Assembly: GCA_038087875.1 (NCBI GenBank)
Contig: CM075995.1
Location: forward strand, 9,674,001 to 9,734,000
Direction of reading: 5' to 3'
Length of the DNA stretch: 60,000 bases
DNA from: Malacoraja senta
Lineage: Eukaryota
The notes beneath the pieces were generated by a model. That model did not search any database, had not been told where the DNA came from, and saw only the letters and a program-made list of their open reading frames with translations. Numbering within the stretch: the first letter of the stretch is position 1; every line of letters starts with the position of its first letter. Positions 24,985 to 38,700 of this stretch are shown here, piece by piece. The translations under genes and the position numbers were made by a program.

Positions 24985-27900
24985 GCTTTACTTTACGATG
25001 GCTTCTTCTTGTCGAAAGCCTGACCCTCTTGTCTTTGATGCGGATATCAGCGAATGCTGGCCACGTTTGAAATTGATTGGCAGCACTACATGCACATTGT
25101 ACACCAAATGAACCAGATGCTGTCAAGGCCTCGCTCCTGCTCAACCTTGCGGGCCCAGATGCCCATCGTCGATCCAGAACATTCCGTTATGCTCCGGCTA
25201 TCCGTGATGCCAACAACCAGGTATTACACCGGCGGAATCTCCTACTGACCCTAATGTTTTGCTGCGTAAACTAAGCCAGATCTGTGACCTGCCCTCAAAT
25301 CACATTTTGGACAGGGCAAGGTTTTTCTCTCGTCGTCAGCTTCCCGGGGAACGAGTTCCCATTTATTTCATCTTTGATGTATTTAGCCCAACGTGGCCGA
25401 TTCCAGGATATGCCGGTTGATCAGTTGACTGATCAGTTAACGAGGGACATTTTAGTGAATGGCATTACCGATCAAAAGCTCAGATCAGAGCTCCTGAGAA
25501 GGCCAGATTTAACGCTCGATGATGCTGTTCATGCTTGTAGAACCGCCGAACTTGTCGATCCCATAGACATTTCGCATGAAAGCAAAACCATCAATCTGAT
25601 GGGCCTCACTAGGCAGCGAACATACACAGATAACAGCCGATTTATGACCCAAGCTAGTCAGGCAGATCACAGCGGTCCTCCGAAGAGATGTCCTAACTGC
25701 GGTTATCTACACAACAGAGAATCAGCCTGCCCCGCCCTCGGGAAGGCTTGCAATTACTGCAAAAAGCTAAATCACTTTGCCTCAGTCTGTCGGGCTGCAA
25801 TTAAGGCCTGAGGAAAGAATGCGCCCAGCCCCAAGTCTAATCTCAATTTTTTGCAATGAGACAGCAACATACTGCCTCCCCATTTCCAGCCCGAAACCGC
25901 CCCCGATACAGCCCAATTAACTCGCAAGACGACCCGACTGTTTACACGTTACAGCATGCTGCTGCCAAGAATTCTGATCCTACAGTGACAATATCTGTAA
26001 ACAATGTTGCTTTTGGCGCGAAATTAGATACGGGCGCAAAGGTCAACACTATGTCAATCAACCTCTTTAACAAGATTAGAGATAGCGAGCCACTTGTCAA
26101 GGACACATCCACTTTACATGCTTTTGGAGGGGAGGTGCTGGTTCCTGGGCAAAACCAACTTGAAATGTGTACTAAAGAAAACAACGAGGGAATTGACCTT
26201 CTATGTGTTGAACTTTAATTCAGTTACTCTGCTTGGCAATCGTTCCTGTCAGGAACTGGGGCTAATTTCCTTTGACAAAACCGTCCACAAACTGCAAGTT
26301 TCTTATGACCCACTGAATGAATTCCTGATCTCTTCGACAACAACCTAGGCAAGTTGCCTGTGTCCTACAAGATTATTACTGACCCCGATGTGACACCCGT
26401 CATCCAACCCCCGCACCGATTGTCATTTGCCATGACTGACAGGGTTCACTCTATGCTGAAGGACATGGTCTCCAAAGGCGTAATTGAAGCAGTCAGCGAC
26501 CCCACTGACTGGGTCTCCACCATGATTGCCACAGTCAAGAAGGGAAAGAATGAAATCCGCCTGTGCATTAATCCCAAAGACCTGAACACTGCCATTAAGT
26601 GCCCGCACCATCCCATGAAGACAGTAGAGGATGTAGCGGCAAAGATCGGAACGGCTACCCTATTTTCTGTCCTAGATGCAAAGAACTCATTCTGGCAGAT
26701 ACCACTGGACAAGAAGTCATCTAGCCTCACCACATTTGCCACCCCATTCGGCAGATATAAGTTTCTGAGAATGCCATTCGGGATCAACTCCGCCAGTGAA
26801 GTCTTCCAAAGAACTATGGAGCAATTATTCGAGGATCTGCCTTGTGCCATTATTGTCGACGATATCCTCGTCTATGGGAAAGACGCAGCGGAACACAACC
26901 ACAATCTCAGGCTCATCTTGGAGCGTGCTGTCAAGATCAACCTCAAGCTCAATCCTGACAAGTGCAAGTTCAGGGTTCAGTGGTCTCCTATGTCGGCCAC
27001 ACCTTCACCCCTGATGGCCTCAAACCCGATCCGAAGAAAACTACTGCCATCACAGAAATGCCTTCACCCACAGATGTGAAAGGCCTGCAACGTTTCCTGG
27101 GCATGGTAAACTATCTCGAAAAGTTCATACCGAACCTCAGTGAACTAAGCTCCACACTGCGGCAGCTGACCAAAAAAGACACTGCATGGTCATGGTTCCA
27201 GCAACACCAGGATGCCTTTGATGTTCTAAAAATCCAAACTGACGAGTGCACCGACCCTGACTTTTTCGACCTGAAACGTCCAGTGGCGATCACCTGCGAT
27301 GCCTCGAAATTCGGGCTCGGCGCAGCCTGCTTGCAACCATCTGACGATGGCACCCTACTACCTGTCGCGTATGCCTCTCGCACAATGACCGACACGGAGC
27401 AACACGACGCGCAAATCGAAAAGGAACTGCTGGCTGTCGTCTTTGCTTGCTCCAAATTCCACGACTTCGTCCATGGCAACACGTTCACGGTCGAGACGGA
27501 CCACCAACCACCGGTGACATCCTGAACTAGCCTATCCGTGCCGCGCCAGCTCGCTTGCAGCGCATGATGATGCAGCTGCAGCGGTACGACTTCTCTATTA
27601 CCTACACAAAGGGTAGGGACATGCATGTCGCTGACACACTCTCTCGGTGCCTCGAGCATCTTGCGAACAACACCACCATGAATGGGAGAATTTCACGGTT
27701 CTCGGTTTCGATCTCATCTCCAGTAAGCAACTGCGCATCCTGGCCGCGCACACTGCCAATGATGATACGCTTCAAGCCTCTCATCCATCATCAAAACAGG
27801 CTGGCCAGACAAACGATCCGACACGCCCACAGAGGTGCTGCCGTACTTCTTGGTCCGTGATGAACTGGTGGTCAGGATGGTGTGGTCGTTAAGGGTCACA

Positions 27901-29151
27901 AGGTAGTGATACCTTCATCGCTACTAGACGAATACTTCAAAGAGGTACACAGGAGCCGACTCCACACTGGTACACGCCTGGGGTCTGTTCTACTGGCCGG
28001 GAATGGTCACGTACATCCGGGACCGCATAGCTCCTGCCCCACTTGCACAATCTTGTGCCTCATCAGCAGCGGCAACCCCTTCTGCAACAACCTCCACCAG
28101 CACTGCCTTGGTCGTCGCTGGCTGCGGACATTTCCGAATGGTGCGGTAAGCACTACCTCGTTCTGGTCGACTCTTTTTCCAACTGTTTTGAACTTGACCA
28201 ACTGACCTCCCTCACTTCTGTGATGGTCATCAAGAAGCTGAAAAGACACTTCTCAGCCTATGGCGCTCCTGTCATCCTGAGAACCGACAACGGTCGGCAG
28301 TTCACCAGCCACTTGTTCAAGCTTATCGCAGATCGATGGAACTTCCAGCACGTCATGAGCAGTCCCAAATATCCACAGAGTAATGGACTCGCTGAACGCG
28401 CTGTCAGAAGCGCCAAGCACTTGCTGGAGGGAGCGCGCATTTCAAAGTCAGACGTCTATCTCGATCTCCTGAATCTCAGAAACATCGCAAGAGCCGGAAC
28501 CTTGGGGTCACCAGCACAGCGTCTGCTGTCGAGAGTGACGAGGTCTCCGGTCCCCATCGCACAACAGCAGCTGGTCCCTCGGATGCTGAAGCCCGCCACT
28601 ATCCAGCAATGTCTCCAAGAGAAGCACAACATCCAGAAACGTCATACGACAGTTCCTGCAGACCACTCCAGCCTCTACTGCCGGCCAGGTCGTCCGTCTA
28701 CGAACTACAACTGGACATTCTCGTCTGGGCACTGTTGTACACCCGAGTGATGAGCCGCGATTGTACCTTGTGACTGAGGGAGCGGTATACCGGAGAAGTC
28801 GACACCTGCTTGCTGTGAAGGAGCCCCGACACCACCTGCTGATACCTGTGCTCTGCCGCTCAGTTCTAGCCGTCTTTCGCAATGTCTCCCGCCCATCCCC
28901 GCATGCCTTGCAACCCCCCACGTCCCTCGGTCTCCACTAACCACGGGGTTACACCTACCCCATGTTTCCCCTCTCGGTCACCACAAGCCTCTCCCTTGCG
29001 ATTTTCACCTTCAGCCTCTCCGCCTAATCCTTCAGTGGAGGGAGGAGATGTTGGGTCCGCACGCGCTCGGGCCGTGTTAGTAGACACCAGACAGATATGG
29101 CGAGCATGTTTTAATACACTTCCTTTCCACATTTAATCTTTAGGGGAAGGA

Positions 29152-29345
29152 GTAGATTGATGATGCATGTGAACCAATCACACTTAGCCAGCACCACCCC
29201 ACTATAACATTTATACTAACGCCTATTCCAGCACCGTCAGTCGAGCAGCTAGGATGAACTGACAACACCTTGCCTTTAAATTCTGCCAAGTTATAGTGCT
29301 GATTAAAGAGTGTTTAAACAATACTGTCTCAGGTGTCTGTCTACA
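29152..29345 (+). repeat. Complete middle LTR, preceded by a PPT
   Basis: PPT taggggaagga (29141-29151); ATTAAA; ends ..ctaca. Confidence 0.85.
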
Positions 29346-29363
29346 TGGCGTCAGAAGTGGGAT
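29346..29363 (+). promoter_or_regulatory. Primer-binding site, probably tRNA-Leu(CAA)
   Basis: TGGCGTCAGAAGTGGGAT immediately after the LTR CA. Confidence 0.7.
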
Positions 29364-30038
29364 TATCCATTCCTCTTGTATAACGGTTTATATTTTATCT
29401 TTTGTGAGTTTTGCTTTACTTTACGATGGCTTCTTCTTCTCGAAAGCCTGACCCTCTTGTCTTTGATGCGGATATCAGCGAACGCTGGGCCACGTTTGAA
29501 ATTGAATTGGCAGCACTACATGAACATTGTACACCAAAATGAACCAGATGCTGTCAAGGCCTCGCTCCTGCTCAACCTTGCGGGGCCCAGATGCCCATCG
29601 TCGATCCAGAACATTCCGTATGCTCCGGCTATCCGTGATGCCAACAACCAGGTAATTACACCGGCGGAATCTCCTACTGACCCTAATGTTTTGCTGCGTA
29701 AACTAAGCCAGATCTGTGACCTGCCCTCAAATCACATTTTGGACAGGGCAAGGTTTTTCTCTCATCGTCAGCTTCCCGGGAACGAGTTGACTCATTTATT
29801 TCATTATTGATGTATTAGCCCAACGTCACCGATTCCAGGATATGCCGGTTAATCATTCCCCCTCATCACCAGCACTCCCTCCCCTCTTCACCCTCCCTCT
29901 ACATTCCCCTCTCCTCCCTCCCCTCCCCACTCCTCTCATCTTTCTCTCCCTTTCCTTCCCCTACACTCAGTCACTCCCCCCTCCCTCCATAACCCCTCAC
30001 CCTTACCTACCCCCTCCTCTCTCTCTATCCCCCTGCTC

Positions 30039-31200
30039 CAGGGCCGGATTTACATATAAGCAAGACAAGCTTAAGCTTAGGGCCTTGAGATCTAGGAGGG
30101 CCTACTAACCACGCTGCCTCACCGGGACCCGTTGAACCTCGCCGCCCCACTGACCATCCACCCACCGGGACCTCCTCTCTTTGCCCCGCGAACCTGGCCA
30201 CTCCACCGTCCACCAGCAGCCCGCAGCCATCGCCTTACCTGCAGCCTGGACTCAGGACCGGCCTGACGTTTCCACCTGCAGACTCCCACTCTCCCGGGTT
30301 TGACTGCGCTGGGTTCTAGTGCTAGCAACCCCCAACCTGGTAATCTCAGTGGCTGTTCCGCTGGGTCTTCCCTCAAACCATGTGACCCAGCTCTTCCCCA
30401 CCCACACCAGTCTTCATACCCCCCCACCCCCTGACCACCCACCAGACATTGCCTCGGCCTCAGTCCACTCACCTGCCTTCCTCTGGCCCCACCCCATCCC
30501 TGCCGTGTGTTCACCATCCCCCCTGACCTCCCCTTTCAGATACCGAACGGTCTGTCCTCAGCAGAGGCCTCACCTTTGTCTCCCTCCATCCCCACCTCAA
30601 TGAGTTCCGCGCCCGACGCGATTTGGAGCTCTTCCGTCGCCTCCGCCTCACACCGTTCTTCCATACGAAGGAGTCCTCGCCCCCATTGATGATCCTTTTC
30701 TCGTCTCCAATGGACCCCCTCCTCTTGGACCCCCCTCATACCAGTGGTACAATTAAAATTGGGGATCACCATCCGACTTCAGAATGGTAGAACATTCTCA
30801 GCGGCTTGGACTTCCGAATCGGCGACTTCCTAAGTCCCACAGGCTGAGCTGGGTGGAGATTCTCGCTGGCGGCCCTCGGCAAAGGGATCCCAGGGCTCCG
30901 CGATATTGAAATCAGCGTGGCCCGAGGCTGGGAGCTGCGCAAATCACAGCTCATGATGTTGAAGCAGCAGCCCAACACTCCAGAGCTTCAAACGGCAATC
31001 CAGGTAAGGCATCGCCCGCTCTGCGGTGAATCCAATATGTATTTTAAAACCAACTGTTTAATGACAACATACAGTAGGATCTAAAAGTGTCACACTGTCA
31101 CTGTCGGGTAGTATGGTCCTCTAGTCGTGGGGGTGGGGGATTGAAGGGGGGCTCACAAGTGAAATAGCTTTGGGCCTCTCTTCATCTAAATCCGGCCCTG
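30039..31200. mobile_element. Non-autonomous hAT element
   Basis: 14-bp TIRs cagggccggattta / taaatccggccctg; 8-bp TSD ccctgctc / acctgctc. Confidence 0.8.
30500..30740 (+). pseudogene. Penelope-like element ORF fragment (region N-terminal to the RT)
   Basis: Frameshifted CRVFTIPPDLP.SDTERSVLSRGLTFV.LHPHLNEFRARRDLELF..RRLRL. Confidence 0.55.
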
Positions 31201-33214
31201 ACCTGCTCCCCATTCCACACCTATCCCCTATCCCATCCCCCACTCTCCCTCCCGACCTCCTCAATTGCCCTCATCTCCCTCAATCCCCCACTCCCTCCCT
31301 CCTCTCCCTGTGTCCCCTCCTCCCCCACCCTCCTCACCTCCCCTACTTTCCCCTCCCTCTCCTTTCCTACCCCTCATCTCCCTCTATCCCACAGGTCCCC
31401 ACTCCCCACTTCCCCCCTATCCCAACCCCCCCACAATGAAAATCTCCCCCATCCACCCACTCCCTCCCCCCAACAATGAAAATCGCGTTTTTTTTTAATG
31501 AAACTTCCCCTCTATCCCACCCCACCCCCACACACACATGAAAAGCGCGAGTTTTTTTAAACGTTTGTTCACTATGTAAATGAAAGCTCTCCCCATCCCA
31601 CCCCCAGAATGAAAGTCACGATGTTTTGTTTTAAATGGAACCCCCTCTATCCCCCCCCCCCCACATCATAATGGAAATCACGATGTTTTTTTTAACTGAG
31701 TTTTTTTTTATGTTCATGAAATTCGGGATCCCATTGACGTGCAGGAAGATTTTATTTAATTTTTGTAAGTGTAAAATGTCAATAACGTGTAAAACAAGGC
31801 ATCAATCTGAACGAAAGTTGTTTAATTGACATCACAGGACAATTGCGAGTAAAGCGGACCATAAATTGTAGTGCTATCGTGTGCCATTTTTGCGCAAATA
31901 CAGGTACTAACCGGGCACACAAATATAGAAACAAGATGAGACTTTTAGTAATATACTAGACCAAGTGGGACCCGTCGGGCCCATTTCCCCCAAACGCAAT
32001 ATTCCAGCACTCATCCATTGTTCCCAACCCCACAGGCGCAGCTGAGGGGTTCTCGTTGTGACGCGAGATCCCCATTGTGACATTTTCCCCTCCCACTCCT
32101 TCCATGCCCCCTCCTCTCCCTCTATCCCGTGGCTCCCCACCTCCCCCATCCCACACGATGAAAAAGCGCAATGCTTTTTAAATGAAGCCTCCTCCTATCC
32201 AAACCCCCAAAATGAAAATCGCGATATTTTGTTATAAATGAACTCCCCTTATCCCATCCCCGCACACCCAAAAAAACACGCACACACACACATACATACA
32301 CAAACACAATTAAATCGCAACGTTTTTTTTAAAACTGAGTTTTTCATGTACATGAAATTCGGGATCCCATGGTGACGTCATTGTGAGGTGGGCAAACAAA
32401 TAATAGAAAACAAGACAGGAGTTTTATTGTGGGACCCGTTGGGCCCCGTTCCCCCAACGCAATATTCCACCACTTACCCGTTCCACCAAGGCAACCCTTT
32501 CCACCACTCACTCAGGGGGGGTAGAGGGGTGGAAGAGGGGCGGAAGGGGGGAGGCATGAGGGAGGGGGATGCGAGGGGGGAGAGAGAGTACGGATGGGAG
32601 AGAGATGAGGGAGAGAGGGAGAGTGGAGAAAGAAAGGGGAGAGAAAGAGTATGGGAGAGATGAGGGGAGAGCGAGGAGGGGGTAGAGAGGAGGGGGAAAA
32701 GGGGAAGGGAGAAGGGGGGAGCAGGAGGCGGGGTGGTGAGGGGGAGGGGAGACGGGCGGGCGGGCGAGCGGGCTGCGGTCACAGGAGGAGGCTGATTCCC
32801 GAACGCCTCCCATTGGCGGCTGCAGGTTTCATTCATGCTGCAAGCTTCAGGCTTTATTAAAGCATCAGGGCCCGAGTACGGGGACGGGGGTGGTCGGGGG
32901 AAATAGGGGGGGAGAGGAGGGAAGGAGCGGGGAGCGGGCAGCGGGCAGCAGTGCGCACGTCAACCAAAGGACTTCAGCCAGCTTCAATGCATGGCCGGGG
33001 CAGGGGGGGGGGGGTAGTGGGGTCGGAGGGTGAAGTCACTCGCAGCGCGTGGAATATAGCGCAAGCAGAGCATTGTGACGTGCCCATCTCGTTATTTTCA
33101 ACATTTGTGATATTATATTTATATTATTCATTCGCTCCTTTTACCCCATCCCCGCCCTATCCACTCGCACATAGCCCCCAACTTGCAAGTGGGGCTAGAA
33201 AGGGAGGCGGGGAG

Positions 33215-33430
33215 AGAGATGGACACAGAGGCACTGAGAGGGACACAGAGGCACAGAGAGGGACACAGAGGCACACAGAGAGGGACACAGAGAGGTGCAC
33301 AGAGATGGACAAAGAGGCACAGAGAGGGGCACATGGACACAGAGGCGGACACAGAGATGGACAGAGAGGGACACAGAGGCATAGAGAGGGACAAAGAGGG
33401 ACATCGAGGGACACAGACGCACAGAGTTAG
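33215..33430. repeat. Purine-rich minisatellite (agagggacacagaggcac)
   Basis: Tandem units. Confidence 0.8.
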
Positions 33431-34932
33431 AGGGAGACGGAAACGGAGGGAGGGGGAGGGGGGAGAAAGAGGGAGAGGGCGAACTCAGCGAGCGGGCAGG
33501 GCAGACAGAGAATGGGCTCCGACTGCGAGCCAGCAGCGGGCCTCGGAACCTCGCGGACCTCGGAAGACCTCGCTACCCTCGGGATCTGCAGTGCAGAGCC
33601 CACTTGCTCATTCTTTCTGCGTCTTTTGAAGAACCAGGAGGTTGGAGGGGTGAGGGGGAAGGAGGGGGGAGGGTGGTGACGTCACTCGCTGCGCGTGGAA
33701 CATAGGGCAGCAGGCCACGAGGACGCCATCAACGAGACCATCTCGTTTATTTTCCGTTATTTGAATTTTTTGAACATTTTCGTAAATAACTCTGGAAATA
33801 AAGTATCGTCTTCACTCGCAGCGCGTGTCGCAGTCTGAAAATCGAGCGGGCCGCGAAAAGCAAGCGGTCAGCGGTCAGCGGTGCACGCGTCCACCAAATT
33901 ACAGCGTGTTCAGCGGCTTCAATCCAGAGCCCGGGTGGGTGGGTGGCTGTGCTGCGGGCGAGGTGGGCGGACGGCCGCCCAGTGCGAGTCGACTGGGAGT
34001 GGGCGGTGACCAAATGACTGCTAGAGGGGGTAATGGGGTAACATGCATCGCGTGGGAAAACAATGCGCAGCAGCCGCATGGAGCAGAGCTCTTGTGACAT
34101 CATCGGCGAGGCAATCTCGTTTATTTACCAAGTTATTTGATTCTTTTGTACATTTTCATAGATAACGAGAAATAATGCATCAAATTTTCAGATAAGATGG
34201 TTTTTGACATCATGGCGTAAATCTCTATCGGAATATGTAAACATTTCACCATTAGCGCATCATGTTTTCGAGGAGATGTGAAACGCAGACGAACATCACA
34301 CGCACATACACACACACACACACAAATAAATACACACATCCAAGATCAGAATTTTAATAGTTACTAAACCAAGTGGGACCCGTTGGGTCCCGTCCCCCCA
34401 ACGCCTGGTTTCGGGGGGGGGGGCCTTGTACCCGATCGAGGCCCCCCTCTCCCCTTTTCTCTCTCCCCTCCCCCCTCTCCTCCCCGTCTCCTCTCTCCCT
34501 CTCCCCCCCCCACTCTCCATCCCCCCTCCACCACCCCTCCCACCAAACCCCCTCTCTCCCCCCTCTCCCTCCCCATACCTCTCTCTTCTTCTCTGCCCCG
34601 GAGAGGGGGTAGAGAGAGAGGGGGAGAGGTAGAGGCAGCACCTACCCAGGTTGTAGAGCAGCAGCCTCCCCACCAGGCGCCGGGCCCGAGCGAGGCTACA
34701 GCCGGCATGGACCTGAGCAAGGCTCGGAGCGATCTGAGGACGGTCAAACGCAGCAGAGGGCTTGCCGATGGTGGCTTCCGCGAGCAAAGCCCACCCACCC
34801 GCGTGACAAACGATCGGACGGGGTGGCGGAGTGGAGGTCAGAGATCGCCAGGATGAGGAAGGGAGCGGGCAGCGGTGCACGCGTCATTACTGTGTGTTCA
34901 GCTGCTTCAATGCAGAGCCCGGTTGTGGAGGC

Positions 34933-35270
34933 TGGCTGGGCTGTGGGCGGGGCTGGGCTGTGGGCGGGGCTGGGCTGTGGGCGGGGCTGGGCTGTGGGCG
35001 GGGCGGGCGGGGCGGGGCGGGGCGGGGCGTGTGGGCGGGGCTGGGCTGTGGGCGGGGCGGGGCGGGGCTGGGCTGGGCTGTGGGCGGGGCGGGGCGGGGC
35101 TGGGCTGGGCTGTGGGCGGGGCGGGGCGGGGCGGGGCTGGGCTGTGGGCGGGGCGGGGCGGGGCTGGGCTGGGCTGTGGGCGGGGCGGGGCGGGGCGGGG
35201 CTGTGGGCGGGCTGGGCTGTGGGCGGGGCGGGGCGGGGCTGTGGGCGGGGCGGGGCGGGGCGGGGCGGCC
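34933..35270. repeat. G-rich satellite (gggctgtgggcggggc / ggggc)
   Basis: Tandem units with G-quadruplex potential. Confidence 0.9.
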
Positions 35271-35720
35271 AGCCGAGTGAGAGGGTGACGTAACTCGCAG
35301 TGTGTGGAAAACAGTGCGCAGCAGGCGGCATGAGCAGACCCATTGTGATGTTATCAGCCCGTTAACTTTTAACGAGCTGATATCAGATTTGTGAACAATG
35401 TAAATAAATAACTCAAGAAATAATGCATCCAATTTTCAGATAAGGCGATTTTGACATCATGGCGTAAATCTCCATCAGAATATGTAAAAATGTCACCATT
35501 AGCGCGTCGTGTTTTTGAGGATATGTGAAGCGCAGTCGAATATTACACACACACAAACACAAACACACACACAAATACATCCACATCCAAGATCAGACTT
35601 CTAATAGTTACTAAACCAAGTGGGTCCCGTCCCCTCAATGTGCGGTTGAGGGGGGGAGGGGGGCAGCCTGCGGCGTCTCACACACACACTGACCACCCCC
35701 CACACACACACTAACTACAA

Positions 35721-38700
35721 TGTCAGCGTCAAAGATCAGAGGACTAGGACGGAGAGACGAGTTTGCCATGATAGAGATAACTGGCACATAAACAAGCACT
35801 ACAATTGGCTAGTAGGAAACAACCAATAACTAATCAAGCGGAGCACGCCTGTCGTATTGCTGAGATAACATCTTCTCACACTAAGTCTGTGCCCTCCGGT
35901 CAGCGTTCGCAGTATAGTGTCAATCTTACAGACACCTCCTCTCGTAACAGCCATTCGCAGCCTCCCCTGCCTGGCAGCAGAGAGGATTTACTGTTCGATG
36001 TCAAAATTGCAACTATTTTCATGCTACGGGTCAGCAGGTATATGGTATAACCTGCAATTTCTGCAAGAAATTAAACCACTTTGCTTGATGCTGCCATTCC
36101 CGTGCGACTCAACCAGCTCCAAGGACAAGCCTGCACCTGTTTCAACATGACCTTGCTGATAACGAATGCCTAGAACCTCACTTGCCATCCCCGCTCAGCT
36201 CTCTGAAAGTACAGACACCAGCTCATCAATCCACTCTCTCCTCCCTTCGTCTAACGAGAAACTTGACCCTGAGGTAACCATGTTTGTGAATAACAGACCT
36301 TTCATCACTAAGGTTGATACGGGCGTGAAATGCAACGTCATCTCGTTATCAGAGTTTTTTTTTAATTGTAAGGATGAACGTATTGAAAAGGTCTCGGCCA
36401 TGCTTCGGGCCTACATGGGAGATGTTCTACACCCACTTGGACAAACTAATTTAAAGTGCACCGTAGACAAGCAGCCCCATACCTTAAAGTTTTATATCGG
36501 CAAGGGGGATTCAGAGACTTTGCTCAGTATCAAGGTCTAGACCTGGGCCTGGTATACTTTGGCCGCGCTGTCCATCAACTCTTTCTCGCTGATGGGCCCA
36601 TTCAGCGAGTACTCTCTCAATAAAAAGAACTGTTTAACGATGAGCTTGGCAAGTTGCCCCCTCAAATACCACATTGTCATTGATCCCAACGTCACTCCTG
36701 TGGTGACTATGCATGACAGAGTACACAATGAACTCAAGCAGATGGTCTCCATGGGTGTTATTGCTGAAGTTACAGACCCATCTGACTGGGTTTCCACCAT
36801 GGTGGTCGCAACGAAAAAAAACAAGGAGGTGATCCGTATCTGCATAAACCCCAGAGATCTCAACACTGCTATCAAACGCCCACACTACCCTATGCGAACA
36901 GTAGATGAAGTTGCTGTCAAATAGGCAATGCATCAGTGTTCTTTGTTCTGGATGCCAAAAGCTCGTTTTGGCAGATTCCACTGGACCCAGACTCAACCAA
37001 TCTTACTACGTTCGGCACCCCCTTCGGCCGATACAAATTTCTGAATGCCCTTTGGCATCAACTCCGCCAGCGAAGTTTTCCAGCGCACGATGGAACAATT
37101 GTTTGCTGATTATCCATGCGCCATCATTGTTGATGACATTCTCGTCTATGGACGCAACCTGGCTGAACATGATGCCAATCTGAAGAAAGTACTAGACCAT
37201 GCCAAAGACATTCAGCTCAAACTCAATCCCCTGAAGTGCAAGTCCCAAAAGTTACCTACGTCGGACATGTTTTCACAAGTGATGGTCTCAGACCAGACCC
37301 ATCAAAAACTGTAGTTATCAACGAAATGCCGGTTCCTACTGACGTTGCGAGTCTACAAAGGTTCCTTGGAATGGTCAACTACCTGGGGAAATTTATTCCT
37401 AACCTCAGCAACATATCTGCCCCCGCTGCGAGAACTGACACACAAGGACGCTGCATGGTCCTGGTATCCGCAGCATCAAAGAGCTTTTGACAGTCCCAAG
37501 TTGCAGCTGGCTAGCGCACCTACACTCGCCTACTTTGCTTTGGAGTTACCAGTAACGCTCACCTGCGATGCGTCCCAGTACGGACTTGGCGCTGCTTGCC
37601 TGCAGACCACTACCTATGGCGACTGCAAACCTGTTTCTCACGCCTCTCACACACTAACTGAAACTGAACAACGTTACGCCCAGATCGAAAAAGAATTGCT
37701 CGCTGTGGTTTCCGCCTGCACAAAATTCAAGGACTTTATTTTGGGGAAGTCTGTGACTATAGCAACTGACCACCAGCCATTGGTCACTATTTTGAATAAA
37801 CCCATTCACGCTGCCCCAGCCCTCCTGCAACGAATGATGATGCAATGGTTGCAGTATGATTTCACCATTGTCTATAAGAAAGGCAAGGACATGCACATAA
37901 CTGATACGCTATCAAGAGCCCCACGCAAAACCAACGAACAACAACTCTCTGAACAGGACCAGTTCTCAGTAATGAAGTTATCGTATGTTCCTACTGATTG
38001 TTTGAGCAGCCTAGCAGAACACACGGCTGCTGATGAGACTTTACATCTGCTGTATGCAGACATCCGGCGTGGCTGGCCGGATAAACAACACAACACCCCG
38101 CTCGCAATCCACCCATACTTCCTGGTTCGTGACGAACTGGTGTTACTGGACGGGATTATAGTCAAGGGCCACAAGGCAGTTGTCCCAGCTGTCTTCCCCG
38201 GACAAGTACTTCGACACCGTCCACAGGGGCCATCCCGGCGTGGAGGCAACCCTACAACGGGCACAATGCATGTTATACTGGCCTGGTATGACCAAGTACA
38301 TACGCGACAAAACTAAAGTCTGCGCCGTCTGCAAAAGCCTGATGCCACATCAGCAGAAGCACCCTTTACTGCTGCACCCGGTTCCTCCTCTCCCGTGGTT
38401 CACTTTAGCCATTGATATAATCGAATGGCATAGGAAACACCATCTCGTTCTTGTTGACTCTTATTCGGGTTGGTTCGACATCGATTTACTCCAAACCATT
38501 ACATCTGAAGCGGTTATCGAGAAATTGCAGCGTCACTTCTCCGTGCACGGCTCCCCTGCACGTCTTCTGTCCGACAACGGCAGACAGTTCACCAGCCAGT
38601 CTTTCAAAAACTTTGCAAAACTATGGGACTTCCGACATATTACCAGCAGCCCAAAGTTCCCGCAGCCCAACAGACTCGCCGAACGCACCGTCCGAAGCGC

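Larger units (their letters stand above)
24820..29850 (+). mobile_element. Gypsy (Mag-like) LTR retrotransposon in tandem arrangement: LTR-gag-pol-LTR-PBS-gag'
   Basis: gag ATG at 24998 with CCHC knuckle CNYCKKLNHFASVC; PR LDTGA; RT LDAKNSFWQI, IIVDD; RH CDAS, QIEKELLA, ETDH; IN TDNGRQF, PQSNGLAER. Confidence 0.92.
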
